From the NCBI GenBank assembly GCA_030679255.1, contig JAUXTO010000022.1, forward strand, positions 128,915-192,914: 64,000 nt of DNA, in the 5' to 3' direction. The notes under the pieces are model-generated. The model was not told where the DNA came from. It saw only the letters and a list, made by a program, of their open reading frames with translations, and ran no database searches. Both the position numbers and the translations under genes were made by a program. This document shows, one piece after another, positions 43,728 to 53,371 of this stretch (the first letter of the stretch is position 1; every line of letters begins with the position of its first letter). This stretch comes from Candidatus Gottesmanbacteria bacterium. Its GTDB lineage: Bacteria; Patescibacteriota; Microgenomatia; UBA10105; UBA927.

Positions 43728-45513
43728 GCCATGCGTCTGCAATCACGATGTTCCAGACGGCAAGCGCATCGTTGTGTTGTTGAGACAAAAATCCATTAAT
43801 AATATTGCCTGTTGTTTCTTTTGACAGTACCTCCTGTAATCGATCATGGGGATCAAGCGTCCGCTCGACGATGTCCCGCATTTCACCGCGAAGCCACTGC
43901 TCAAGAGGAAGGGAAAATCCGTGTTTTTCTCTGTTCGTTATTTCCGCAGGTAAATAGTTTTGAGCCACGGACCGCAATAAATATTTATCTTGATACCCCG
44001 ATCTCAAAAGGTCCGCTGACAATTCCACGAATTGCATCAGCCGTTCATCCAAATATGGAGCCCGGGATTCGATGGAGTGAAGCATTGTCATTTTATCTAT
44101 TTTCATGCAAAGTTGTTCTCCCACATAGTACCGGAGGTCATACTGCATGAGCCGAAGGGGAGGGAGGGCGCTCGACAACTGGTGATTATTTTCAAGTTCG
44201 CTCCAGGCTTGATGAAGAAGGTGGAGGTGATGACGACGAAATCGGACCCCTGCATGCAAATCAATATTGTATCGCGCGGATGTATAAAGCATGTCCGGCC
44301 ATCCGATGAGACTCGCGAGCCTCGTAGATGGCCTTATACTCATTGCTATCTCCGCCAACCATCGTGGTACCCTTATTCTTCCCTCCTGATGCAAAGCGTT
44401 CCTGTAATGCGGGTACCCTCCGAATAGTTCGTCTGCTCCTTCGCCGCTGAGAATCACTTTTACGTGTTTTTGAGCTTCTTGTGATAATAGATATGTTGGA
44501 AAAATCGCAGGATCAGCAAACGGTTCATCGAGCTTTTTCATCACCTCGTCCCACACTCCGCGGATTGATCCCCCGGTCATCACTATTTCCGTGTGATGCG
44601 TCTGCAGGCACCGAGCCACAACTTGGGATGAGAATGATTCATCATAACCGGGATGGTCAAACGCAACGGAAAACGTTTGAACGGGTTGGCGGGTATGTCT
44701 CTTTACGAGAGCAGTAAGGAGGGCCGAGTCAACACCGCCACTTAAAAACACCCCAAGCGGCGCATCGGATACGACTTTCTCTTTAACTATTGTATTGAGC
44801 GTCTTGTCTAAAGATCGTATCGCGTCGTCACTGCACCCCACATGGTCGTCACGTGTCCCACAGTAGCTAACGAACGCTTTTTTTCCATACAACTGCCTAT
44901 CAACGCTTCGATTGGAGAGGTTTATGGACACCGCCTCTCCGGGTAGCACTTTATAGACATTTTTATAGATCGTCGTACGCAGCGGCTGGTATCCGAATGA
45001 TAGATAGGTTCGTATTGCGTCCGGAGTCACACTGCTGTCGATAAAAATTTTCAGTTCGGATCCAAAAAACACTTCATCCTCTGTGACGCTGTAGTACAGC
45101 GGTTTTTCGCCAAATTTGTCCCGCGCAAGCACCAATGTGTTGGATGCAGAATCATATATTGCCATCGCGAACATTCCCACAAATTGATCTAGGCAGGAAG
45201 CTCCATATTGAAAAAATGCAGGTAAAATTATTTCTCCGTCGCAATGTGTTTTCGGCCTATATCCCGTGCTCTTCACGATTTCCTGTACGTTATAGAGCTC
45301 ACCGTTATAAATTAAAGACAGCCCTTTATACGAAAACGGGTAGAGACCTCGATGCAGATCCCGGATCGCCAGGCGGTTCTCCCCAACGCTAAACTGTTTA
45401 CCGGGAAATGTCTGAATCGTTGTTTCATCCGGACCACGATGGCGCATAAGCGCTAAGGCGTCTTTGGTCCACTTTCGATGTTGATTTCCGTAACGTCCTG
45501 CAATCGCGCACAT
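43708..45513 (-). CDS. asnB: Asparagine synthase-like amidotransferase (glutamine-hydrolysing)
   Basis: N-terminal Cys (MCAIAG), HRGPD, YNGELYN, LSGGVDS, SGEGADELFGGY. Confidence 0.92.
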   Translation of the reverse strand: MCAIAGRYGNQHRKWTKDALALMRHRGPDETTIQTFPGKQFSVGENRLAIRDLHRGLYPFSYKGLSLIYNGELYNVQEIVKSTGYRPKTHCDGEIILPAFFQYGASCLDQFVGMFAMAIYDSASNTLVLARDKFGEKPLYYSVTEDEVFFGSELKIFIDSSVTPDAIRTYLSFGYQPLRTTIYKNVYKVLPGEAVSINLSNRSVDRQLYGKKAFVSYCGTRDDHVGCSDDAIRSLDKTLNTIVKEKVVSDAPLGVFLSGGVDSALLTALVKRHTRQPVQTFSVAFDHPGYDESFSSQVVARCLQTHHTEIVMTGGSIRGVWDEVMKKLDEPFADPAIFPTYLLSQEAQKHVKVILSGEGADELFGGYPHYRNALHQEGRIRVPRWLAEIAMSIRPSTRLASLIGWPDMLYTSARYNIDLHAGVRFRRHHLHLLHQAWSELENNHQLSSALPPLRLMQYDLRYYVGEQLCMKIDKMTMLHSIESRAPYLDERLMQFVELSADLLRSGYQDKYLLRSVAQNYLPAEITNREKHGFSLPLEQWLRGEMRDIVERTLDPHDRLQEVLSKETTGNIINGFLSQQHNDALAVWNIVIADAWLKMHAG

Positions 45514-45556
45514 AATTTATTTTTTGATCAAAATATATTCATGTTATTATACCCTC

Positions 45557-46216
45557 ATGGGAAACATTAGGTTGGTGGTCGTTCTTTTAATCCTTGTTGC
45601 AGCCGCCATGGTTGTAGGGAATAAACCTTCACTTCTTGCCCTCGCGGGCGCGGAAAAGGGGCCGTCCATAAAAACTTTGACACAGTCATCTCAACCTAGC
45701 CCGTCGGTCACCCCCGCCATAAGGAGGGTTAGACAAAGCACCTTCGTCATTGAAAAAATTTCAGTCAAAAAAAGAGATGATGACAAAAAGGCCGGCGACG
45801 TTCACTCGAGACTCGTCAATCATTCATTCTCCATTGCTGGTCTAACATCGGGCGTTAGCCCCAACGCGATCCATCTTATTTTCGACAATAAGGTTGAAAT
45901 TGTGGGCATATTAGTGAGCGTCGATCATTCTGATCGGGATGTTACCCTATCTGAATTTTCAGCAACGATAAATGCTGAAAATTCCGGTTATATCGGTAAT
46001 ACAAAAAACGATACGCTTATACACACGTCTTATTCGTGCGCGCGAAACACATCGTGTCCGGGAAAAACCGATGAACACCTGTGGTTTGGTAAAAATAGCG
46101 GAATAGAGTTGAAGGCTGGAGATTGGATTAGTTTTGGAGCATACCAAATCAACGCAGGGTCATCCATATCACAAACAGAGCCTGAATTTATCGTTTGGTA
46201 TCGCTGGCTTGAATAA
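45557..46216 (+). CDS. Secreted hypothetical protein
   Basis: N-terminal hydrophobic signal; beta-rich body. Confidence 0.65.
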   Translation: MGNIRLVVVLLILVAAAMVVGNKPSLLALAGAEKGPSIKTLTQSSQPSPSVTPAIRRVRQSTFVIEKISVKKRDDDKKAGDVHSRLVNHSFSIAGLTSGVSPNAIHLIFDNKVEIVGILVSVDHSDRDVTLSEFSATINAENSGYIGNTKNDTLIHTSYSCARNTSCPGKTDEHLWFGKNSGIELKAGDWISFGAYQINAGSSISQTEPEFIVWYRWLE

Positions 46217-46221
46217 AAAGG

Positions 46222-47202
46222 ATGAATATATTAATTACCGGAGCGCTGGGGTTTATCGGCTCTCACATAGCCCAACACTATCTTCAAAAAGGTGATCACG
46301 TAATAGGAATTGACAATCGTTCCGGTTGGTATCCTTTACGGGTTTACAACTACACCGAATCACTGCTAATGAAGCATACATTTTTTTCTTTTCACCCACT
46401 GGACATTCGAAGGCACACAGAATTGTCATCGTTTGTACAAAAGGTAAATCCTGATATTGTAATACACGCGGCCGCCCTTACCGGCATCCGGGATTGCGCT
46501 CAAAGACCATACGAATGCATGGAGACCAACGCGCTCGCAACACAGGGTCTTCTTGAAGCGTGTAAGACAATTGGTGACGTTCGTTTAGTTTTACTGTCTT
46601 CCTCTTCTGTTTATGGTGATCAACCGGGTGTTCCGTTTGAAGAAAACGCTCTGTTAAATCCAAAATCTATTTACGCCATAAGCAAGCAAACTGTCGAGAC
46701 CATGGCGGTATATTATTCGCGTCACTATAGATTACCCATTCTGATGATCAGGCCATTTTCTGTCTATGGACCCCGGGGAAGAATGAACATGTTGCCGCAC
46801 ATGCTTCTTGCGTCTGTTATAACCGCAACACCATTTCTTCAGTTTGGCACAAATACACAGAACAAAAGGGACTGGACCCATGTTGATGACTTTATCTACG
46901 CGCTTGGGCGCATCATCAATACTCATAAAACAGGCTATGATGTGTTTAATATTGGGTCGGGAAATCCGGTTGGTATCGTTGATTTTATCAAAACGTTTCG
47001 AAAACACCTTTCGTTGATGACAAGCGCGCCTCTTCGTATTATTCACAAACCAAAGCCGTTGTACGAAATGGAGATTACGCACGCAGATACAACAAAATTA
47101 ATCGACCACATAGGGGTCATCCCCAAAACGTCACTCGATAAAGGGTTGGGGAATCTTCTAACATATTATCGCGCAAACCGGAATATATATTTCCCTAAAT
47201 AA
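46222..47202 (+). CDS. NAD-dependent epimerase (UDP-glucuronate 4-epimerase-like)
   Basis: TGALGFIG, SSSSVYG, YAISK, VYGPRGR, RDWTHVDD. Confidence 0.9.
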   Translation: MNILITGALGFIGSHIAQHYLQKGDHVIGIDNRSGWYPLRVYNYTESLLMKHTFFSFHPLDIRRHTELSSFVQKVNPDIVIHAAALTGIRDCAQRPYECMETNALATQGLLEACKTIGDVRLVLLSSSSVYGDQPGVPFEENALLNPKSIYAISKQTVETMAVYYSRHYRLPILMIRPFSVYGPRGRMNMLPHMLLASVITATPFLQFGTNTQNKRDWTHVDDFIYALGRIINTHKTGYDVFNIGSGNPVGIVDFIKTFRKHLSLMTSAPLRIIHKPKPLYEMEITHADTTKLIDHIGVIPKTSLDKGLGNLLTYYRANRNIYFPK

Positions 47203-47918
47203 AATAAGAATTGTATATTTGTGATGGTGTAGCGCTTCCACAATCTCTGGGGCTCCTGTGACAAACGAAACAACCACTCAAGACCCGCGTGTTGCATCCA
47301 TGCCGGCGCCTGACGAACCCGGCCGGAAAGAAAATCAAACGCTGCCCCGACCCCGATCAATACAGAGGGTATCAATGTATTTCTATTTTTCATCATCCAT
47401 CTCTCCTGCTCGGGACACCCCATCCCAACAAACACGATGTCTGCCCGGCTTTTGTTTATCTCTTCAATAATCTTCCTGTTTTGTTTTTCTGGAATTGGCC
47501 GTACCGGCGTGTCGCGGGCGCCAACGACGCGAAGCGATGAATAGTGTCTTTGCAAATTGTGCGCTAGCTCATCTGATTGACCGTTTCTTCCTCCAAGGAG
47601 GTATACCCGCCACCCATGATGCGTCGCTTCCTTACACAATGTTTTCATGAGTCCCGGCCCGTAAACCCGTTGAGCGTTTTTGTATCCCGCCAGGCGCAGC
47701 AACCATACAAGCGGCATCCCGTCGGGCACCACAAGGTCGGCTCTGTTCACTCCATCGAGAAGCCAGTTATCATGTTGACATTCCACAGTCAGGTGAACCG
47801 CCGCAACACAGATATAAACCTTCTGGTTTGTTGTCAATGCCGCACGGATAAATTGGACAACATCTGAATTGTTTACCGGAGATACCCCAACGTGCAAAAT
47901 TTGGTATTTATGCATCAT
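47166..47918 (-). CDS. WecB/TagA/CpsF family glycosyltransferase
   Basis: VPDGMPLVW, RVYGP, VGMGCPEQE, GVGAAFDF, GLEWLFRL..EP.RLWKRY. Confidence 0.95.
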   Translation of the reverse strand: MMHKYQILHVGVSPVNNSDVVQFIRAALTTNQKVYICVAAVHLTVECQHDNWLLDGVNRADLVVPDGMPLVWLLRLAGYKNAQRVYGPGLMKTLCKEATHHGWRVYLLGGRNGQSDELAHNLQRHYSSLRVVGARDTPVRPIPEKQNRKIIEEINKSRADIVFVGMGCPEQERWMMKNRNTLIPSVLIGVGAAFDFLSGRVRQAPAWMQHAGLEWLFRLSQEPQRLWKRYTITNIQFLFYLGKYIFRFAR

Positions 47919-47922
47919 GATG

Positions 47923-50697
47923 TTAAAAATCTGTCCACTGCGCTTTTCCTTGAATGATTTGCGATATTTGTCCATATCTATCTTTCTTGTATGGTGTCCG
48001 CCCTTTAGCATCCTGTAGCCCAAGCGCACAATCCTTGTGACCGGCCGTTCTAACGACAACACATTTTTCAAATGAATCGAGTGCTTTTTTTCCGTTGCCG
48101 GTCGCAAGATAAAAAAACCCTTCCTGTGCCTGCACCCAATAATCGTCCGGCAATAAATACTTCATAGACAAAATAAGGTATTCGGCATCCGTTACCTTGA
48201 TTGCCGCCAACAAATCATCTGCTTTTTTTTGAATCCTCGTCACCAAATCCTTCCTCGTTTCAAAATTAATTTCATCTGGAATTATTATTTTTTTGGCGTA
48301 AACAAAAACTTCCTCCGGTTTCCCGTCTTCAATAAGCCTGTCATTCAACAATACCGCAGCATAGCTCCTGCTCCGGTTTTTCCACGGGCCAGGTTTGGCG
48401 TCCTCTTGGAGAAGGTAGGCGATGAGCGTTGACGTAGGTATGTTTCCCACTCCAGGCGTTTTATACCACGCGGAGATACTCTTCCCAATCCATGGATTCA
48501 TGCTCTCAGCCGAATCCTGAAGTTTTTCCGTCATGGCAAGGTCGTATGAGCTCAATTCGTTTCCGAGCCGCATAATGTGGCGGGAAGCCTTCTCCCTCAG
48601 CCCCCAATCAAGCTCGGGCTGGTCCATGGATAAACCTCTATAAACATCGAGAAGCATCAGCGCCTTTACTTTTGCCTTGTTGGCGTTTCCTTCTTTAAGG
48701 GCCTTCCTTGATTGTTCTAAAAGCATTAATCCTAAACTCATCCAAAATTCATTTCTCCTCCACGGTGCGATCGATCCCAACGAACGAATGTTTTTTTCCA
48801 CCGGTACATAGTTGTCAACATTTACAACATCTACAATCGCGCTATACCAAGCATGAACATACTCCTCTCTGTTTTTACCCAAATAACTACCCGGAACAAC
48901 GCTCAGGGCTTCAAAAAAATTGATCTTCTCTTTAATTGTCGCATGAAAACGTAAAAAAATCGGCTCGTAGCGGTCAAGCGCCCAAGCGTCCTCTTTTTGC
49001 GCCTGTTTATACCACTGTCCTGATTCGGAAAATTTATTTCCCTTGTAATACTCATCACCCAGACGCACCATCGTTTCAGATAACCCCCTTCGCTCTTCAG
49101 CGTCCTTCTCGTGCGCTTGTTTCAGGATAATTATTTGAGCTGCTCTTTCTGTAAGTTTCTTCTCCAATAAATATTGGACCGCAGCAAAAGCCGAGTTCCC
49201 CCACGGATCAATTACGGCCAACGTTTCGCGCGCTTGCTGCTTGGCGGCTTCATCTGTACCGATGGATACGATCCAGGAAAGAATTTCAGGATTTTTGTTA
49301 TGAAAAAACCGTACGACATTTTCCTGTCCAATAATTTCCCTTGCGGTTTTAGCGTCGTAAGGAGCAAGATAAAAAGCGGCGTTTTTATTGTTCAGTGACG
49401 TTGCAATCAATCCCCCGAATGACGATGTATAAAACATCCCCAGCACGATGAGCGCGCCATAGATCATTATGTTTTGCCTTGGGTTTCTATTGCGATCTTT
49501 GTGGCGAGCCAACGTTCCGAGCGTTGCACACAACAAAATCCAAATCGAAGAGTAATCCAAAGAAAATTCATAACTTCCATAGAGAAGCACAAGCAGCGCC
49601 CCGTTCCACAGAACGTTTTTTTGCAACCCGGCCTTAACAATAAAAAATATAAGAATGGAAAAAAGAAACAGGCCTACAAGCCCTGTCTCCGCCGCGGCCT
49701 GCAAAGGAAAACTGTGAGCGAACCACGACCAATTGTCCGGACGCGACTGGAGTCTCCGGGACTCGAGATAAAAAGTCCCGGGACCGCTACCAAACAAGGG
49801 TCGCTCTTTGATCGCCGCCACCGCCTGGCGCCAATACTCCCAACGATTGTCCTCAAATAGTGTTGTTTTTTGTGCTTGACGAGCGAGTTGACCAATCAAC
49901 CCGACGCCGTGCGTTTGCCCCTTTAAAGAGGTTAGTGAGATAACGAGGAGTGCCGTTGCTATTACCACCGCAATAGACAACCCAACTCTTCTCACGATAA
50001 TGGTTTTACTTCGTAGCACAACATAAAAAAGATAAAGAACAAGAAGGACCCACGCCCCGCGGGCAAGGGTAAGTATCATGCCAACGCTAAATAATCCAAG
50101 CTCCCCAATTGCCCAGCTATTTTTTTTCTTTTCAACCAATCCAATCGCCACAGGAAAAACAAAAAGCAACAAGTCCGCTAAATGATTGTGACCATAATTG
50201 GCATACAACAAATTCATGGGCGGCAGCATCCGCGCGAGCGCAGGGAAAAGCAAAAAAACAAAAGATGCAAGCGTGGCGACAACACCAATAAAGAGAAGGC
50301 CCTTAATAAAAAATTCAACAATTTGATTCCCGGAATCTGGGGGCTCTTGATTCCGGGAATCTCGGGCCAAGGTTAAAAACAACACATATACCAAATATCC
50401 CTCAATAAGCCTGATGGTGGCACTTATCGAGTATCCGGCGCTATCGGAAAAGGGGATGAGAATAATGTAGTAAAGGATTAAGGCCATCCATCCAAATCCA
50501 ATCGGGCGGGGGAGGGGGGCAAAATCAAGTTTGCCCCGCTGATAATACCTGGCCCCATACATCGTCAGAATCCCCAGCGCCCACCACACATCGACAAACG
50601 GCTGCTTCCCGTCGCCCAAAAAAAGCGATGTGGTGAGAAAAACAAAAAACACAATCTCCGGACGGGTAATCCAGTGTATCAGGGTTTTTATTGACAT
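47923..50697 (-). CDS. O-antigen ligase family protein with a long helical/TPR C-terminus
   Basis: TLARGAW, RWEYW, PLFGSGPGTF, FAHS..LQ..AETG. Confidence 0.85.
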   Translation of the reverse strand: MSIKTLIHWITRPEIVFFVFLTTSLFLGDGKQPFVDVWWALGILTMYGARYYQRGKLDFAPLPRPIGFGWMALILYYIILIPFSDSAGYSISATIRLIEGYLVYVLFLTLARDSRNQEPPDSGNQIVEFFIKGLLFIGVVATLASFVFLLFPALARMLPPMNLLYANYGHNHLADLLLFVFPVAIGLVEKKKNSWAIGELGLFSVGMILTLARGAWVLLVLYLFYVVLRSKTIIVRRVGLSIAVVIATALLVISLTSLKGQTHGVGLIGQLARQAQKTTLFEDNRWEYWRQAVAAIKERPLFGSGPGTFYLESRRLQSRPDNWSWFAHSFPLQAAAETGLVGLFLFSILIFFIVKAGLQKNVLWNGALLVLLYGSYEFSLDYSSIWILLCATLGTLARHKDRNRNPRQNIMIYGALIVLGMFYTSSFGGLIATSLNNKNAAFYLAPYDAKTAREIIGQENVVRFFHNKNPEILSWIVSIGTDEAAKQQARETLAVIDPWGNSAFAAVQYLLEKKLTERAAQIIILKQAHEKDAEERRGLSETMVRLGDEYYKGNKFSESGQWYKQAQKEDAWALDRYEPIFLRFHATIKEKINFFEALSVVPGSYLGKNREEYVHAWYSAIVDVVNVDNYVPVEKNIRSLGSIAPWRRNEFWMSLGLMLLEQSRKALKEGNANKAKVKALMLLDVYRGLSMDQPELDWGLREKASRHIMRLGNELSSYDLAMTEKLQDSAESMNPWIGKSISAWYKTPGVGNIPTSTLIAYLLQEDAKPGPWKNRSRSYAAVLLNDRLIEDGKPEEVFVYAKKIIIPDEINFETRKDLVTRIQKKADDLLAAIKVTDAEYLILSMKYLLPDDYWVQAQEGFFYLATGNGKKALDSFEKCVVVRTAGHKDCALGLQDAKGRTPYKKDRYGQISQIIQGKAQWTDF

Positions 50698-50740
50698 ACG
50701 GTTCGGTTGGTGTAGTATGCAATAAGTTTACTACAGAACA

Positions 50741-52738
50741 ATGGTGAAAAAATTCATTATCCTTCTCGTTCTTCTTCTCGTTAGTTTTGGTGTTTTTGCT
50801 GGAATCAAAAAAAGGGGGGCTGCGTCAAAATCTCTTCGTCTCTATTGGTTTATCCCCGACGGTATGCGCGCAGATCCGAACCTCTTTACTGTCTTTCAGT
50901 GGGCCAAAGAAGGCAAACTCCCTAACATCAAAAAACTCATGGACCGGGGTTCTTATGGTTACTCGTATCCCAATTTTCCCAGCCATACGCCCACCAACTT
51001 TGCGACCCTTCTGACCGGCGCGTACCCCGAGGTTCACGGCGTCAACGATGGACCTATGCATGCTCTCGGAAAACCCCTAGATAGTGTCGCCGTCGGCGGG
51101 TTTCGTTCGGTTGCTAAAAAAGTATCTCCAATATGGAAAACCCTCGAAGAAGCGGGCATGAAGGTTTCACTCATTTCCATCCCGGGATCAACGCCACCGG
51201 AAATTAACAAGGGGGTTGTCGTCCGTGGCCGATGGGGAGGATGGGGACCTGACTTTGCCGCAATTAATTTTGAAACGAAAGGTAACATTGCTCAACGCAT
51301 TAAACAGGGGAGAGGGTCGAGGCTTTTCTATTTTGGCCCACAACTCACCGAATATCAGGACGCCACGAAACCCGCGGGTTGGAAAAACGCACCAACAAGT
51401 TATTCGCCGGGGATGGAAGCGTCTCTCGTCGGATGGAGTGCGACAGTCTATGCGTATATTTATGATTCAACCGACGACGGTATAACAAATTATAATCGCG
51501 TTACTTTTTCGTTGGACAAAAATTCCATTGTTGCCGATCTTTCCCAAGGAGAGTGGAGTGAATGGAGTCCAATCACCCTGAAATGGAAGTCTGAAAACCA
51601 ATCGGTGGATATAAAAACTTCTGCAAAAATTGCCGTCATCAAATTGGGACCAGGCGATTTTTATCGTTTCCGCGTTTTTTATGACAATCTCAATGAACAG
51701 GTGATTTTCCCGGAAAACGCATTTCTTCCTCTCCACAATGCAACGGGTCCCATGGTCGACTTTGTTGATAATTATCCGGCACAACTCGTGTACTACGACG
51801 AAGACAAAAAAATATTTCAGGATGAGGCCGCAATGTCATTTGATTGGCACAAAAAAGTGGTATCCGCCATAAAAACCAACTTTTCCCCGGATGTCATCAT
51901 TCATGACATCTATACTCCCAATCAAATGCTTACGAGCCGATGGTGGATGGGTTCAGTTGACCCTAAAAGCACTCGTTTCTCTGCTGTGTCCGAACAAGAC
52001 CGCACGAGACTTTGGGGAGAAGTCCAGGATATGTACAAAAAACTGGATGATATTATCGGCGAGATAATTTCTGTCGCAGACCCCAACACCTACATCGTCT
52101 TGAGCTCTGATCATGGTGCGGTGCCGCTCGACCGGTTTGTAAACCTCAACAATCTCTTTGCCAAAAAAGGCTGGCTTGTCTTTGCCCTCGACCCGAAGAC
52201 GGGCGAGCCCATCATTGATTGGAAAAAAACCAAGGTTATATATCTTAAAATGGCGCATGTATATATAAACCCCGAAGGATTATCAGGAAACTACACTCGT
52301 GCATCCGGCCCTGAGTATGACGCGCTTCGAAACGAAGTAATAAAAGAACTTCAATCTCTATCCGACGAAAACGGCATGAAACCACTTGTGGAAGTTGTAA
52401 AGTGGGAACAGGCAAAAGAGTTCATGCGTCTTGACCCTGACCGCGTTGGGGACCTCGTCATCGCCAATGCCCCGGGATATGGATGGAACGAAGAAATGAC
52501 CATGGACCTAAAAGTGTTCACGGAGCCCCTGATATCCGGATACAAACAAGCCATTAAGTCTCAGGACGTACCAGGAATGTGGACGCCGTTTATCATGGCC
52601 GGTCCGGGAGTAAAACAAAATAATTTTATCGGGAATGCCCCTTTCTCTCTCATCAACCAATACCCAACAATTATGAAAGCCCTTGGAATCCCGTCCCCCA
52701 ACTTTGTGCAAGGAAAGCCACTACAAATATTTAAGTAA
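50741..52738 (+). CDS. Alkaline phosphatase superfamily nucleotide pyrophosphatase/phosphodiesterase
   Basis: PDGM, PSHTPTNFATLLTG.YP..HG, SSDHG. Confidence 0.85.
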   Translation: MVKKFIILLVLLLVSFGVFAGIKKRGAASKSLRLYWFIPDGMRADPNLFTVFQWAKEGKLPNIKKLMDRGSYGYSYPNFPSHTPTNFATLLTGAYPEVHGVNDGPMHALGKPLDSVAVGGFRSVAKKVSPIWKTLEEAGMKVSLISIPGSTPPEINKGVVVRGRWGGWGPDFAAINFETKGNIAQRIKQGRGSRLFYFGPQLTEYQDATKPAGWKNAPTSYSPGMEASLVGWSATVYAYIYDSTDDGITNYNRVTFSLDKNSIVADLSQGEWSEWSPITLKWKSENQSVDIKTSAKIAVIKLGPGDFYRFRVFYDNLNEQVIFPENAFLPLHNATGPMVDFVDNYPAQLVYYDEDKKIFQDEAAMSFDWHKKVVSAIKTNFSPDVIIHDIYTPNQMLTSRWWMGSVDPKSTRFSAVSEQDRTRLWGEVQDMYKKLDDIIGEIISVADPNTYIVLSSDHGAVPLDRFVNLNNLFAKKGWLVFALDPKTGEPIIDWKKTKVIYLKMAHVYINPEGLSGNYTRASGPEYDALRNEVIKELQSLSDENGMKPLVEVVKWEQAKEFMRLDPDRVGDLVIANAPGYGWNEEMTMDLKVFTEPLISGYKQAIKSQDVPGMWTPFIMAGPGVKQNNFIGNAPFSLINQYPTIMKALGIPSPNFVQGKPLQIFK

Positions 52739-52740
52739 CC

Positions 52741-53337
52741 CTATTCACACGGCATGGTTTTTAACCTGTTTGTTTCTTTGTTAAATTCTTCGATGGAGTT
52801 TTTTACCGGAAAAAACAACTCAAACTTATAAAGTCTTTTTTGCGAATCGCAATAAAACATGACCGCCGCCGCGCGCTTGGTAATGATGTCATCAGAGCAC
52901 GCCCCAAACACCAGTCGTTCACTTGCATACCCGACAAAAACATGTGTCTCTCTTCCATTGTTCTTTTCTGTCGAGTATTTCGGACGATACTGCCGGTCGC
53001 AAGAGATGGCGTTACTCACTTCTCCGGGGTAGGGCGACACAGATTTCTCATACAGCGTGTCCATCCTAATAATGTGGTTCCTTATGGTGGATGCAGCTTC
53101 ATTTTGGTCAATGTTCGTCCATGTGTCTGCCCGGAGCCTGGTATCTTTTTGTTTTAACAAAGCTCCATATAACCTGTCCGTGTTCTGATAGACTGTTTCA
53201 TTTTTGTATTCGGTTAAATGCCGCCGGAGATAGCATTCCGGACCATTGCATGGCCGAGCCGCATAAAGAGCGGCCGCCGCCGCGATTATTGCGACCGTAA
53301 AAAATAAAGCGATTTTTTTCATACGTTTTCTGTTCAT
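52741..53337 (-). CDS. Secreted hypothetical protein
   Basis: Signal anchor followed by a Cys-containing domain. Confidence 0.65.
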   Translation of the reverse strand: MNRKRMKKIALFFTVAIIAAAAALYAARPCNGPECYLRRHLTEYKNETVYQNTDRLYGALLKQKDTRLRADTWTNIDQNEAASTIRNHIIRMDTLYEKSVSPYPGEVSNAISCDRQYRPKYSTEKNNGRETHVFVGYASERLVFGACSDDIITKRAAAVMFYCDSQKRLYKFELFFPVKNSIEEFNKETNRLKTMPCE

Positions 53338-53371
53338 GAAGAGTGTATATACTATAAGAAACCGACTCGCC

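Noticed and set aside
43708-45513. Lasso cyclase
   Set aside because: Keeps the N-terminal Cys and glutaminase motifs of a true AsnB-type amidotransferase, common in glycan loci; no B2 protease or lasso core
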